From positions 5,505,078-5,569,077 of the forward strand of contig MU054001.1 in the NCBI GenBank assembly GCA_013239625.1: a stretch of 64,000 bases of DNA, written 5' to 3'. This document shows positions 39,026 to 51,560 of this stretch, piece by piece (position 1 is the first letter of the stretch; the number at the start of each line of letters is the position of its first letter). The notes under the pieces are model-generated. The model did no database searches, was not told the DNA's origin, and saw only the letters and a list, made by a program, of their open reading frames with translations. This stretch comes from Lama guanicoe (Eukaryota). Both the position numbers and the translations under genes were made by a program.

Positions 39026-42000
39026 TCTTTCCCCCCCAGCCCGCGGGCTAGTGCGCAGGGCCTGGTGGCTGGGCCCGCAGCCTCCTGGCCCACCACCTCA
39101 GCCACTTTTCTCTTCCGAGGTCTCCGCTGCAGGGGTTCTGAACCTTTCGGGGATGGCAGTCCCCTTTGAGAATCTGACAAAACCATGATAGTAGTACAAT
39201 ACTCAGAGACTATCAAGAAGAGATAGGGACGTTTAATTGTAGTGTTAAAAATAGCACTATTCCTTGTGCTGATTTTGTGTCCAACTAACATTTGTTGAAT
39301 GGTTAAAGCACATTAGACGTTATGTTAAACATTTCAGGATTGACTAATACAGTCCTTTAAAAAATCCAGTGAGATAGGTTTTATTATCTTCCTGTGTTTG
39401 AATTAACAGCTGGAGAAACTGAAACTCTCAAAGAGGTGACTCACCTTCTCTCTAAATCAGCATTTCAGACGTATACCTACTTCAGACACCTTCAGCTACT
39501 CCCTTCCCTCCCCAAGCAGCTACTCCCTCCCCGCGAGGGAGCCAGGTTTTCCCATCGAGTTAAGTGGGAGAGCCAGGATTCAGACCTAGGGAGTTAGTTT
39601 CTAGAGACCTTGTTCTTGATACCTATCTCCCAAGTGATGAGCACTCTGAGAGGGGAGGTTGGGGGAGAGGAATCCTTTTTTGGCATTCTACTTCAGAAAT
39701 TTCACAGTGCCCTTGAATCTGATTCGCTGTAACTCTTGACTTTCTTAGATTAAAAAAAAAATTTCGATGCTTGCTTTTAACATGTCTAGAGGACATAAGA
39801 CACTTAACTGTTTGATTCTTCACAATTTGACATTGCAGATTTTGAGTCAAGTTTGCTTTCCTGTTCTTGATGTTCTAAACCAGTTGATTTCAGACAACTG
39901 GTCTGACTCCTGCCCTGTCCCCTCGTTCTCTCCCTAGCTATTAAATTTCTTCTACCTCCTGAGGGCTAAAAAGTTTGACAGGACAAAGTCCTATTACGGC
40001 TTCTGAAAATCCCTTACATACATTCATTCCTTTCTCTTCCATTACTTTTGCAGCAGTTAAGACCTTCATTCTTGGTATGTGCCCTCTCCCTTACTTCATT
40101 GCCTTCACTCCATTCCTCCCTACCTGGTGCAACTTGCATTAGACTAATCCATAAAAAGTCATTTTCCTGCCCTGGAACCTACTAGAGCCTCCTGTTGCCT
40201 ATCCCATTCATTCCAAAGTCCTCTGATTTGCAAAACACTTATTAATCTAACCCCACTTTATTTTCTCAGTTCTCTGTCTTAGCAGCTTTTAGCTTACATC
40301 TTCACTGTAGTCTGATGAGTCTCATTGCATTTACTGTGTGCCCTGCCTCCTCCCAGTTCAGCTTTACTCAAGGCTCACTGCAAGCATCAAAAGTACTTCT
40401 TTTGCTGTACAGAAAAACCCTGCTGGACCCTCCCAACTCCAGTTCTTTTATCTGTCTCTGCTGTGCAGTTCAGTATAAGCTGATTGGAAAAGGTGTGTCT
40501 TACAGTATCTTGGTAGTATGTGTCACCTGCCCATTTGTCTTTGTGATCTGTTACTCATAATCTAACCCCCCCACTTGTAAGAAATCCTTTTTGTTCCCTT
40601 GAAATTCATGAGTAAGAGTTGAATGCCATACTCAAAGGCTTTTTGTTCTCGTTAATTCATTTTGGAGTTTGTTTTACATTCTTTTGAGGAAGAGAAAACT
40701 GTTAACTTGATCTTAAAAAATTAAGAAAAAGGAAACAACTTGAGTATCTACGTTTTAAATTAAGCTGTGGAGAAGAAAGTTTGGAAGAAGGAAGATTTAG
40801 AGTAAAGAATTTTTTTTTAACTGGCTGGTAGAGTCTCTGATTGGTGGGCAACTTTCTGGGTCCCATCAAATGGTTGATGTTGTTTTCCTGCCTTAAAAAT
40901 GTTAATTCACTACCCTTTAGCAAATGCTAGAGTGGAGAAGAATGTGGAAGTTTAGTTAGTTAGGGCTCTGTTAGCTGAAGAGGGGTAAGAGGTTACTGGT
41001 GGAAAGTCATAATGTCCTGGGAAGTTTTTTTATAAAGGCACACTCTATAAGAGTGCCACTTTTGTCAGAGGGGAAATTTGTTGGTGGAGACCAACTTGAG
41101 CTAGGCTTTGAAGAGTCAGGAAGATTCCCACGTGAAGGTGGTTGCAGGCACAGGCCTAGAAGCCAGAAAAATGTGGAATGTGTTTGTAGGAAGTGTCAGA
41201 GTACCTTGTGAGAGAAGAATTTTCCTGGGACCCAAGTTCCAGGCTAAGACCATTGGGCCTTATTTGGTAGGGAGTCAGTGAGGATTTGGGGAGAGGAAGG
41301 ATTTACCTGAAACTGTTTGGAGGTAAGAAGACCCAAATGTGGAAGGGATATTGTTGCAAGTTAGAGCTGGACATGGGTGGGGTGACAAGGTTTTCACTGG
41401 GTCTTGGCAACTGAGTGGATGTGGGGATTGAGGGAGCAGTTTTAAGCCCTAGTGTCAGGAAGGATGGTGCATATGTTGTTTGACCTGTTGGTTGGTGGGG
41501 CCAGGCAGCCAACACTTAAAGAAAACTTATGTGCCAGAAAGTACACCACCTGCTTCCTCTTGACCTCAAGGAACCCCCAGCCTAGTATGGGAGACAAAGG
41601 TGGAAAGAACAATTAACAGTTGAAGTATGTGCAAGATGTTACAGTAATACAGGAGAGGGTTACTCTGCCCATCGGGGCACTGAAGGATGAATGAGAGTGT
41701 TCCAGATGGAAGAGCATGTACAAAATCGTGGGCACACATAATAGTGCCATTTTTTTCGTGGATTCCTCAAGTGTAGGAGAAGAACGGAGGAAAGCTATTA
41801 GGTCACAAGCATGGGGGACCTGCTAAAGAACATGGATTTTACCAAGCAGGCACGCAGTGGAGAATCATGGAAGGGTTTTAAGAACAGGAGTGATGCCTCA
41901 GATTTACATTTCTAAGAAATGCCTCCATCATCAGTGTTTCTCTAGCTAGGTTTGTGTTTCCTAGTATGGTCCATTGCTGGTTTGTGATGACAGACGTACA

Positions 42001-45000
42001 AAAATTGGGGGTAAATGTTTAGCAAAATTTATGTGCTGTGACATTACTACGAGAGCTAGAGAAGCAATGCCTGAAAGTGAGAGAAAAACCAGAAGCAGGC
42101 ATTGTCCATAGGGGCCCAGTGGGAGGGGACTGAAGTGAGTGGTGGCAGACATCATGGAAACGAAGGAGGTTGAGGATTGAATTTCAGAGAGGAAGTGGAG
42201 GTACTGACCACATGCTGCCTCATTCACAAAGAAAGCAAAGATGCAAAGCAGGGTGGGATCCCTCGAGTCAGGCAGTGGTGGGGAGGGATGAGACTCAAGA
42301 AATCGCAGCCCTGGAGATAGTTAGAACTCTTCCTTTAGATCAAAGAGCCACAAATTTGAATTTCACCCTGGGACCAGTCCCAGATGGGGAGACTGCAGAG
42401 GGCTGGTTGGTAGGAAGGAACTGATGAACCAAGATGCCCGTGCCTGGTGGAAGAGGGCAGATGCCCATGCTCAGTGATCTCTGATCTTTTCACCCAAGAC
42501 AGGCCAGAAGTCTGCATTTCATGATGGGAAATCTTTTTTGTTTTTATATAAGAGGCAACTAATTTATGTTTTAAAAACCAGGCATGAATTATATCTCAAT
42601 AAAAGTTTTGCACTAACATTTTTAAAAGAACATACTCTAAGAAAAGGAAACAAAAAGCAACCTTGCGTGGTGAACAAAACATGTCAGTGGACCAGCTCTT
42701 GAACTACTTTTTTGGATCTCTGCTTTAGATAGTAGGAGACAAGATGAGTGAAGATATGCATTTTTTTTCCCATTTGGTTAACAGGGCACTCGAAGGCCTC
42801 AGTGGTCTACAGTGCTGTCTTGGTAAAGTAGGATGACCATTTATGAGAGGGAGGGTGAGAACTTGAAGACAGCTGAGTATGTTTGCACAGATGCAGCAGA
42901 ACTGTTGGAAATGCATTGGAAAGAATTAAAAAGGACTGGACCTGAAGTAAGGGCCAGGGAAGGTTAGATGGTATGAATTTATAGTGTCGCTTGATCTGGC
43001 AGTTCTCAAGTAGGTGATCGTTTTGCCCACATCCAGTGTTGGTGAAGCACACACTCACAGAGGAATCTAAGGTGCAGCTGAGCAAGGCACTTGGGGCCCA
43101 GGAAATGTTTCTGAATGATCAGCCTCATTTGGGTAGGACAGCCCCAAAATATGCAAGACTTACCTTCTGCTTTCAGTGAACAAATAGTTTGGGAGATTCA
43201 GACTGGAGAGGAGGCAGGTGAAGGCAGAAGCGGCTCAATGAACTATGAGAATAAAGGAAGGGACAAGACAGACCTCATCCCCTCCTAGACTCAGAAAAGC
43301 ATGCTGACAGAGGACAAGTTTCGTAAGTATTGGAGAATTCTAGAGGTTGCAGTTAGGCATTTCAGAGATCAGAATCCTAGGTGTGGAAGAATTCTGAGGG
43401 TGATTCTAAGAACAAGGAGTGGTGCCTCAGGGGTGATGGGTGAAGTGGAAGTATTCCTTTTAACTTAGAGAAGCGAGAGGATGGAGGATGGAAGTGTGAG
43501 GCATCTAGAGAGGTCACCGAGGTCCACAGCAGCGGACTGGGAGCTGGAGTTAGTGTTGAACTAGGATCCTGGCCTGAAGGTTAATAAACAAAAGAGAAGT
43601 AATTGGAAGTAAATGGCATGGCTACTTGCTGTGTGGTTTCTCTGTGAACCTTTAGAGTGCTGAATTTGCCAACCATAGGTGCCCATCAGTTGATGTGATT
43701 TGGGGCATTACTCATGGCAGTGAGTAGCCCCCGTGATGCATAGCCAGTGACCTACCAAGAGCACCAGTCTGGAGGATTTACAAGGAGAGTAATTTGGAGG
43801 GCTTGTCAATCTTAAACATTGAAATTACAGGACACCTGAGAAACTATGGTAATATAGACTAACATCCAAGCCACTTTTAGTTTGTGAAGAAAAGAAGAGG
43901 GAGTCTTATGAAGAGTTGGTGATTGTTCTTTAGCTGAGGTTTTGCTAACATATTTGTGGAGTAAGAGAAGAGAAAGATGAGGATAAAGAAAATGCCATTC
44001 TGGAAATAGCGTTTTACTTCACTGACTTCAGAGGGTTAAATGGACTCTTTATTGTTTCATGTCTTTTTCTGTTAGAAGAACTTTGTACCTGGTTTCATGA
44101 ATGAATTCTTCAACAGTAAATTTGTTCACGGAGGAAATAATTCATAGATGTAATACTGGGTAGTGACATAGAATTTTGTTTTGATTTTACCAGAAAGGAG
44201 GTTGGTGGCCTTTTTGCATTTCCTAGAATGATGTTTTTTAACTTACTATGGTTGTGAAAATCGTCTTCTTGAGAAACGGTGCTGGGTTCAGTTTCTTTTT
44301 ATGGTTAATGTTTTGGGGTTATACCAGAATGTTGCAATAAGGGATACTCATGCTGATTATGCTGGAGTCAAAGTGATTGCTCATGACTGTAGTTTCCTCT
44401 TCTCTATTTGTTTACCAGCTACTGTTGTAGGATTCTAATTAAATCAGGGACAGCATCTTGTTCCATGTTGGCTTTTTACTAGATTAATATAATTGTATAA
44501 AGTTAGCAGTCTTGCATTTCTAAAACAAAATTATAGGGGGAAAATCCTTATAGTAATTAAAGGAATTTTTTTTTTAAAAAATCAGTTATGTCATACAGAA
44601 ACAACATAAGAAAATCTTTTTGTTTAAAGAAACTGAGTTATTTCTTTTAATTGTCATTTTAAGAGTTTCCCTTCAACTTAAAGAATGTTTTGTTCAGTCT
44701 TACTGGTGACAGAATTAGTTACTTAAATTAATTGAAGAAGAAAAGCTGTGTGGATTCACATCTAAATTGTCTATGTGCAAGTCACTTGTCATTATGGCAT
44801 CTTTTGATTGGAACTCCCAGTCTACTAGTCATCTGGGATCTTTATCCACTCTTGAACCCATGCATTTAGTTCACAATATGTTTCATTATTAGTCTTGGTA
44901 TTTTTAAATTAAGATAATGAAGTTATTACTTCATTTATTAATAGGTTAATGCTAATGTATGTCTCTATGAGTTAAGCTGATAGATCAGGATTTGGCTCCA

Positions 45001-45829
45001 GTGATACAAAACAGGAGTTTGGTTTTCTTTCACTCAGTAAGAAGCCTGAAGATAGTCCAAGGCTGAGTATTGTTCCGGGGCTGTCAGGGTGAAGGTCCCT
45101 GCAGCTCTTTTGGCCTTTCCCTCTTGATCACAAAATAACTACTGCACCTCCAGCCACCAGGTCTCTATTTCGAAGAAGGAAGGAAGAAGCAGCAACATCT
45201 TTCTGCAAAACCCCAGCAGACTTTTCCGTACCTCTTGGTGGTCAGAACTGTCGTATGGCCAGTCCTGGTAGAAAAGGGAGCTAGGAAATGTTCTAACTAG
45301 ACACATTGCTGCCCTGGACAGAATCTGGGTTCTGTTGTTAAAGGAGAACATGAATATTGGTGGACAGTAGGAGGGACTACCTAATCATATTATTTATTTC
45401 TTAAAATATGTTTGGAATCCCTGCCATTTTTATGTTTCGTTTTTGTAAACAGGAACTTTTAAAATGAGCACTTATTTTCATTTTTTAAATTAAAATGTGA
45501 TTCCTGAAGATACCAAGTGAGAACGTGTCAAATATTTATTTAACTCATTTGTGAGGAAACTAGCTGGTTAGTAAAACTGATTTAAGGAACACATATAGGT
45601 ACTGAAAAAGAATGTTGAAATAAGACTGCTAGATTGGATATAAAAATTGTTAATGTCATACAGTGTAATGAAACCATAACCTTTGGAGTTATCTGTTATA
45701 CCAAACAGAAGTCATCTGTGTCTCTACTGGACAAATCTGCAAGTTAATATGTAGTTTCACAGATTCTGGGCCTTACTCGGTATAAATGGTATGTCAGATA
45801 AAAAAATACACTCTCCTAGAGTGTTCATA

Positions 45830-46175
45830 CATAGGCATACTTTTTCTGTAAAGAGCCAGATAATAAATATTTTAGACTTTATGGACCATATAGGGTTTCT
45901 GTCTCATGTTCTTCTTTGTTTTTGCTTTTTACAACCCTTTAAAAGGTAAAGACAATTCTTAGGGGCTGTATAAAAATCTGGAGGCTGGGTTTGCACTGTT
46001 GAGTATGTAGCCACGACCACATGTGGCTGTTTAAATAAAATTCACTGAAATTAAATATTCATTTCTTCAGTTGTATTTCAAATACTTAGTGACCACGCGT
46101 AGCTATTGGCTGCCAGTTTGGACATGATATAGAATATTTCTGTCATTACAGACAGTTCTCTTGGACTCTGCTGCC
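45830..46175. mobile_element. Adjacent MER58-like and MER3/MER33-like hAT MITEs
   Basis: tttttctgtaaagagccagataataaatattttag (MER58); gtagccacgaccacatgtggct...atagaatatttctgtcattacagacagttct (MER3/33). Confidence 0.65.
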
Positions 46176-47199
46176 CTAGCTATTAAGTAACCCTTGTTTG
46201 GGACTGCTAGACAGTTCTCTAGTATATGACATTGGGAGAGCATGTAGCTGTTCTTTTACCACATGGTCAGACTGTAAAATCAGATTCTTGCAGGTTAGGT
46301 TCCTGCGTGAGACTGACCTGGTAGTCTGTAGCCATTTGGTCTCTGAGCAAGTATGAAAAGGGACATGTGGCCAAGAACTATAAAGCAAAAACCCAAAATC
46401 AGAAGGAAAAAGAACAACAGTACTAGTAAAAATTCACTTCCAGTTTAGGATTCACTCTGGGAGCCAAAATGAAATATGCTTGGGCTCACACAACCAGTGA
46501 GATGCCCTTCTTGTGCCAGTCAGTTTAATACCTCCAAGCAGGTGAGCCCACTTGGACATCTCTACAGGTCCTACAAAATTGCCAAAGTGAAAATTTCTTT
46601 TAAAAATTCCAAACATGACTTTGACACAGTCAGAGATCTTATGAATAAGAGAACCAGCAGGAATGTAAAAGTGGTTCAGAGAGCTTTTGAGGATTTGAGG
46701 ATCTGCACTAAAAAAAGGAATAGTGGAATAAAATTGCTTGCTTAGGTACAAATTGGCTAATATCTTACAAACCAGTGAAATTAGAACCTTTGGGGATATC
46801 TTTTCTACCAGGTGGAGATAATTGGCATCTTTACTGGATAAAAATCTGCATTTTAACATGTAGCATCACAGTCCAGGCCCTAATTAATAATAAATGGTGT
46901 GTCGGACATAGGTAAATTTCCCAGAGAAGTGAATCATCTTTGGGTGGGCCAAAGAGTGCTGCATTGTAATTGAGAGGCCATCCTTTTGCCTTATTTATAA
47001 GTGTTTGATTATTTTTCCTAATGCTATGCAAACTATTAAAATGGAACACCCCACCCAGCTTTTTTTGTCACTTTGGTCACACTTCTCTTAAACAATCTTC
47101 CCCACATCATTGACACTACCAGGTTGGATGTCAGCCTGTGTTCCCAAACTTCCTAATTCCTATTTTGACATGTATTTATTAGACATTTATTGATTGGTT

Positions 47200-47400
47200 C
47201 AGAATTTCTTAACAGTGGCACTATTGACATTTTGATCAGCTAATACTTTGTTGTAGGGTCCCATTGTGGAATGTTTAGCAGCATCCCTGGCCTCTACCCC
47301 CAAGATGCCAAGAGCAACCCCTCAGTTTTGACAACCAGAAGTGTTTCCTGACATTGCCAGTGCCCTCATTAAGAGCAGAATCACCCCTGGTTAAATGACC
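47200..47400 (+). mobile_element. MER20 hAT MITE
   Basis: ggcactattgacatttt...atgtttagcagcatccctggcctctaccc...gacaaccagaagtgtttcctgacattgcca. Confidence 0.85.
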
Positions 47401-47650
47401 AAGGGCCGTGCCCACACTGTCTCGTAGAGTTATGATAAATGCTATTGTTTAAATAATAAGATACTGTTCTGTATAGAAAACACATTAACATCCCCCACCC
47501 CATTTTTGCTAATTCTTGAAGGAAAGAAAAGTTAGATTAGGCTGCAAAAATAAGAAAACATGCTAAAGTTCAAACCACAGAGGACTTTGAATATAATTCT
47601 TAGGATCTTGAATGTTAATCCTGTGCAGTGAGAAGCTTTAGAAAGTTTTT

Positions 47651-50643
47651 TTTAACATTTTTTTAGAATAATAGTCATTTTACAAAGTTGTGTCAAATTC
47701 TAGTGAGGAGCACAACTTTTCAGTTATACATGAACATATATATATTCATTGTCACATTTTTTTCCCACTATGAGCTACCACAAGATCTTGTTTATATTTC
47801 CCTGTGCTATACAATATAATCTTGTTTATCTATTCTGAATTTTAAAATTCCAGTCTGTCCCTTCCCACCCCACCCCTGCCCCCTTGGCAACCATAAGTTT
47901 GTATTCTATGTCTATGAGTCTGTTTCTGTTTTGTATTTATGTTTTGTTTTGTTTTGTTTTGTTTTGTTTTTAGATTCGTCATATGAGTGATCTCATATGG
48001 TATTTTTCTTTCTCTTTCTGGCTTACTTCGCTTATAATGACATTATTCAGGAACATCCATGTTGCTGCAAATGGCCTTATGTTTTCAGCTTTTGTGGCTG
48101 AATAGTATTCCATCATATAAACATACCACATGTTCTTTATCCAGTCATCCGTTGATGAACATTTAGGCTGTTTCCATGTCTTGGCTATTGTAAATAGTGC
48201 TACTATGAACATTGGGGTGCAGGTGTCATTTTGAAGTACAGTTCCTTCTGGATATATGCCCAGGAGCAAGATTACTGGGTCCTATGGTAAGTCTATTCCT
48301 ATTCCTCCATACTGTTTTCCACAGTGGCTTTCCTAGCTTCCCTCTCCCACTCTTAATGATTTAGATGTCTTCTTTTACAATTTTGTGTTTATTCTTTTTG
48401 TAATTCACGGCAGTTATCTCCTTTCCAGTTATGAGTTTCTCATTTTTGTAGCATCCTGCTTCTTTTCTATTTAGAGTAGACCTGTCAGTATTTCTTTTAG
48501 CATGGGCTTAGTGTTGCTAAACTCTTTTAGTTGTTGCTTGTCTGTGAAGTTCTTTATCTCCCCTTCTATTCTAAAGGATAGCCTTGCTGGATAGAGTATC
48601 CTAGGCTGCATCTTTTTTTTCATTCAGGACTTTGAATATATCTTGCCACTCCCTTCTGGCCTGTACTGTTTGTGTAGAGAAATCAGCTGAGAGCCTTATG
48701 CGGGTTCCCTTGTAACTCACTCTTTGCTTTTCTCTTGCTGCCTTTAGGATCATTTCTTTATCCTTGACTCTGGCCATCATGATTACAATATATCTTGGTG
48801 TGGGTCTGTTTGGGTTCTTCCTGTTTGGGACTCTCTGAGCCTCCTGTACTTGGATATCTGATTGCTTTAGGTTTGGAAAGTTTTCAGTCATGATTTCTTC
48901 AAATACCTTTTCAATTCCCTTTATTCTTTCTTCCTCTTCTGGAACCCCTATTATGCGTAGATTGGCACACTTTATATTATCCCATAGGTTCCTTTTATTT
49001 TCATTGTTTTTTATTTGTTTTTCTCTCAGCTGTTCTGATTGGGTGCTTTCTGTTGTCCTGTCTTCTAGGTCACTTGTTCATTCCTCTGCATTATCTAGCC
49101 TGCTTTGTACAGCCTTTAGGTCAGCTCTCATCTCAGCAAATGAGTTTACTAATTCTACTTGTTTCTTCTTTATAGCTACTATTTCATTTTTGACATATTT
49201 TATATCTCTCAACAATATTTCTTTTAGTTCCTTCAGTACTTTGATCACTCCTTTTTTGAAATCTTGATCTAGTAGGCCATCAATGTCTATTTCCTTGATC
49301 GTGCTTTCAGGGGATTTCTCTTGATCTTTTAACTGGGAGTGGTTCCTCTGCTTCTTCATATTGCTCATATCTCTCTGGCACTGTGGCTTAAGGAGTATGA
49401 GTTATCTAGTTCTCCTGGAGACGGTGTGCTCTTAATGATTTTATTGAGAGGTCTTTGTATCTTTGCCCTGTTTCGCATACTCAGCTTGCTGTTTCCAGAG
49501 GCCCTCTGTTGGCGCTCTCTTCTGTGCTGCTCCCAGTGGCTGTCAGCTAGCAGATCGCACCCCCTCCTGATGCTGCAGTCAGATGCTGTGCTCAGGCGAG
49601 GCAGGTGGGCAGATCGCGCCCCCTCCCAGCACCGAGGTCAGGTGCTGCGTTCCTTCCAGGAAAGCGGGTTGCTGCCCACCCTCTCCTGGCGGGCGCCAGT
49701 TGCTCCACTGCTCTGTGCAGCTGCCTGCTGTGCCTCAGGTCAGTGCTCCAGAGGCGGGCTTGGGGAAGACCACGGAATGGCCCCGCCCCTGCTCCATGCC
49801 AAATCTCAGCTCCTTGTTTGTCTTGGCATTGCAAGTTCTCTGAGGTGCCAGGGCAGAAAGATCCTATCTGCCTTGGGCTGTAAACAAGTCTCAGTCCTGC
49901 CTCGGAGGTTGCAGAGCCCCCAGGTGAGGATTCAGGGCTCAGCCCCGCCCCTTCCCCCACCCAGGTGCTGCGCACTAGAGGAGATGGCAGCTGTGGCTGT
50001 GCCCCCCCCTTCTTCTCGCGAGAAGCGCCGGTAATGGTGGTGTCTGAGGTCTGAGGAGACAAAGGCTACAGCACTCTCTCCCCAGGGCACACCAGCTGTG
50101 TTGCTTTGCTTTTCTCGCAATTTATGGAGGACCGAGGTTGTTCTGCTCCATATCCCCTCCCAGCCACGGCACACTGCACCCTGCATTCCCCTGGGGCTGC
50201 CTCAGTGCAACCATGCAGTCCTCTGCCCGGCTCGGGCGGCCTGTCCTGGCCCCCAGCTGCGGGCTCGTGTCTTGGGCTGGGTGTTGTGGGGACCCTTTGT
50301 GCCCGTTTAACTTAGTTCTGTCAGTCAGGGGGTGCTTGGGGCAGATCTGAGCCTTGGAGTCTTCCCCTCCATCCCGCTGGCCTCTCCATTGGAGAGGGGA
50401 GACCCAGTGAACGAGCACCCATCCTCCTTTGCCACTCCCTCCCCACGGGATTGGTCCTGCACTGTTTTGCTCTTTCTTTTTTCTTTTTGTCTTTGTCCTT
50501 GTCTTTTGAAGAGGGCGATATTCTGTTGGAGTTCGGCAGGTGCTCTGGTTGGCTGAGTGGGTATGTAGATTCGCGTTTTGGTGTATTTGTGGGAGAGGGT
50601 GAGCTACAAGCGTCCTTCTGCTCCACCGTCTTGCTTCTCTCTC
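47651..50643 (-). mobile_element. ORF2-deleted L1 (half-L1-like): 5'UTR 50643-49369, ORF1 49368-48471 (disrupted), spacer, fused at 48329/48330 to the ORF2 tail, 3'UTR and A-tail
   Basis: Perfect 12-bp TSD TAGAAAGTTTTT at 47639-47650 and 50644-50655. ORF1p pieces (MSNMKKQRNHSQ..., RIRLSADFS) and the ORF2 tail ([12 protein letters not shown]) are present. The L2-like host sequence rejoins across the insertion. Confidence 0.92.
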
Positions 50644-50655
50644 TAGAAAGTTTTT

Positions 50656-51560
50656 GAGTAAGGAAATGAAGGGTACGCTTTCAGGCATAACTTTGATACT
50701 GTTTCAAGGGGGTGGAGTGGGGCAAGACTGGCAACAAAAGAAGTTTAGTGTTGGTTGTAGTGTTCACATGTGACTAGATTTGTAAAGGGGACTACAATTG
50801 ATGGACAAGGAAAGAAAACTTTGAATCTGGCATCTATGTGTCATTGAAGGGAACTTGGACCAAAGATGGAGCGAAGAGCTGTGAGCTCTGATTCAGACTT
50901 GTGAGGTTTGAGGCACTTGTGGAATAGGTAGAAATGCCCAGGGGTGTCTGCAGTCTAACTGTATTAAAGGCTAGAGATGGACATTTGGAGCTATCGCCAG
51001 AGAAGGAAAAGTTGTGGTTGGAACTTAAAAAATCCTGTCAGAGTATAAACTGAGGGAGAGGACAAGGACAGAACCTTGGTGAATAATTACATTTAAGGTA
51101 CAGTGGGAAAGGGCAGCAAAGGATTTGGGGGAATAGTCAGAAAATTAGGAAGTAAAGATAGCTAGCGGTATCTCAAAGTGTGGAGAGGAAAGGACTTGTC
51201 AAGGAGAAGTTGCTCAGCAATAGGGTGCTACCTACCAAGTAGGTAGAGAGCCCAAGTAGAGAGAGTACAGAGTAAAGGACCTTTGGATGTGGCGTTAGGT
51301 ATCATTCAAGAAAGTGATTTCAGTTTGAATGGAGGCAGAACCCAGATGTCAAGGAGTTGACAGGGAAATGGGGTTTAGGTTACTTTTACAAAAAGTGTGA
51401 AGATGAAAAGACAGAGTCCCATGCATAAGGCAGTAGGGCTAAAGGAAGTGTTCTGCAGGATCAGGGAAACCCTGGCATGTTTGGAGGCAGAGGGGGAGGG
51501 GTGGGTTGGTAAAAGGGGAGTCATGAATCAAGGCCTGGAAAAAGCATGGCTTTGAAGCAG
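50656..51560. mobile_element. Degenerate L2 LINE
   Basis: Purine-rich L2-like motifs (gaggacaaggacagaaccttgg..., aggcagaacccagat...). Highly diverged. Confidence 0.5.

Larger units (their letters stand above)
38060..39130. promoter_or_regulatory. CpG island / TATA-less N4BP1 promoter and 5'UTR
   Basis: Very GC- and CpG-rich stretch around exon 1. Motifs: YY1-type AACATGGCG 38102-38110, CRE-like TGACGTC 38119-38125, ETS ACTTCCG 38127-38133, GC box GGGCGGGG 38187-38194, NRF1 palindrome GCGCATGCGC 38194-38203. Confidence 0.9.

Noticed and set aside
38096..39291. Long minus-strand ORFs (185, 108 and 268 aa) over the promoter
   Set aside because: Expected from stop-codon scarcity in a CpG island. 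They are low-complexity Arg/Pro/Ala/Gly with no recognisable domain.
46452..46859. 135-aa minus and 89-aa plus ORFs in unique intronic sequence
   Set aside because: No recognisable homology or clear exon structure. The lengths are compatible with chance.
49339..50688. 231-aa, 188-aa and 156-aa ORFs in the L1 5'UTR (ORF0-like idea)
   Set aside because: GC-rich repeat sequence, and the 231-aa ORF starts at GTG. I see no similarity to any known protein.
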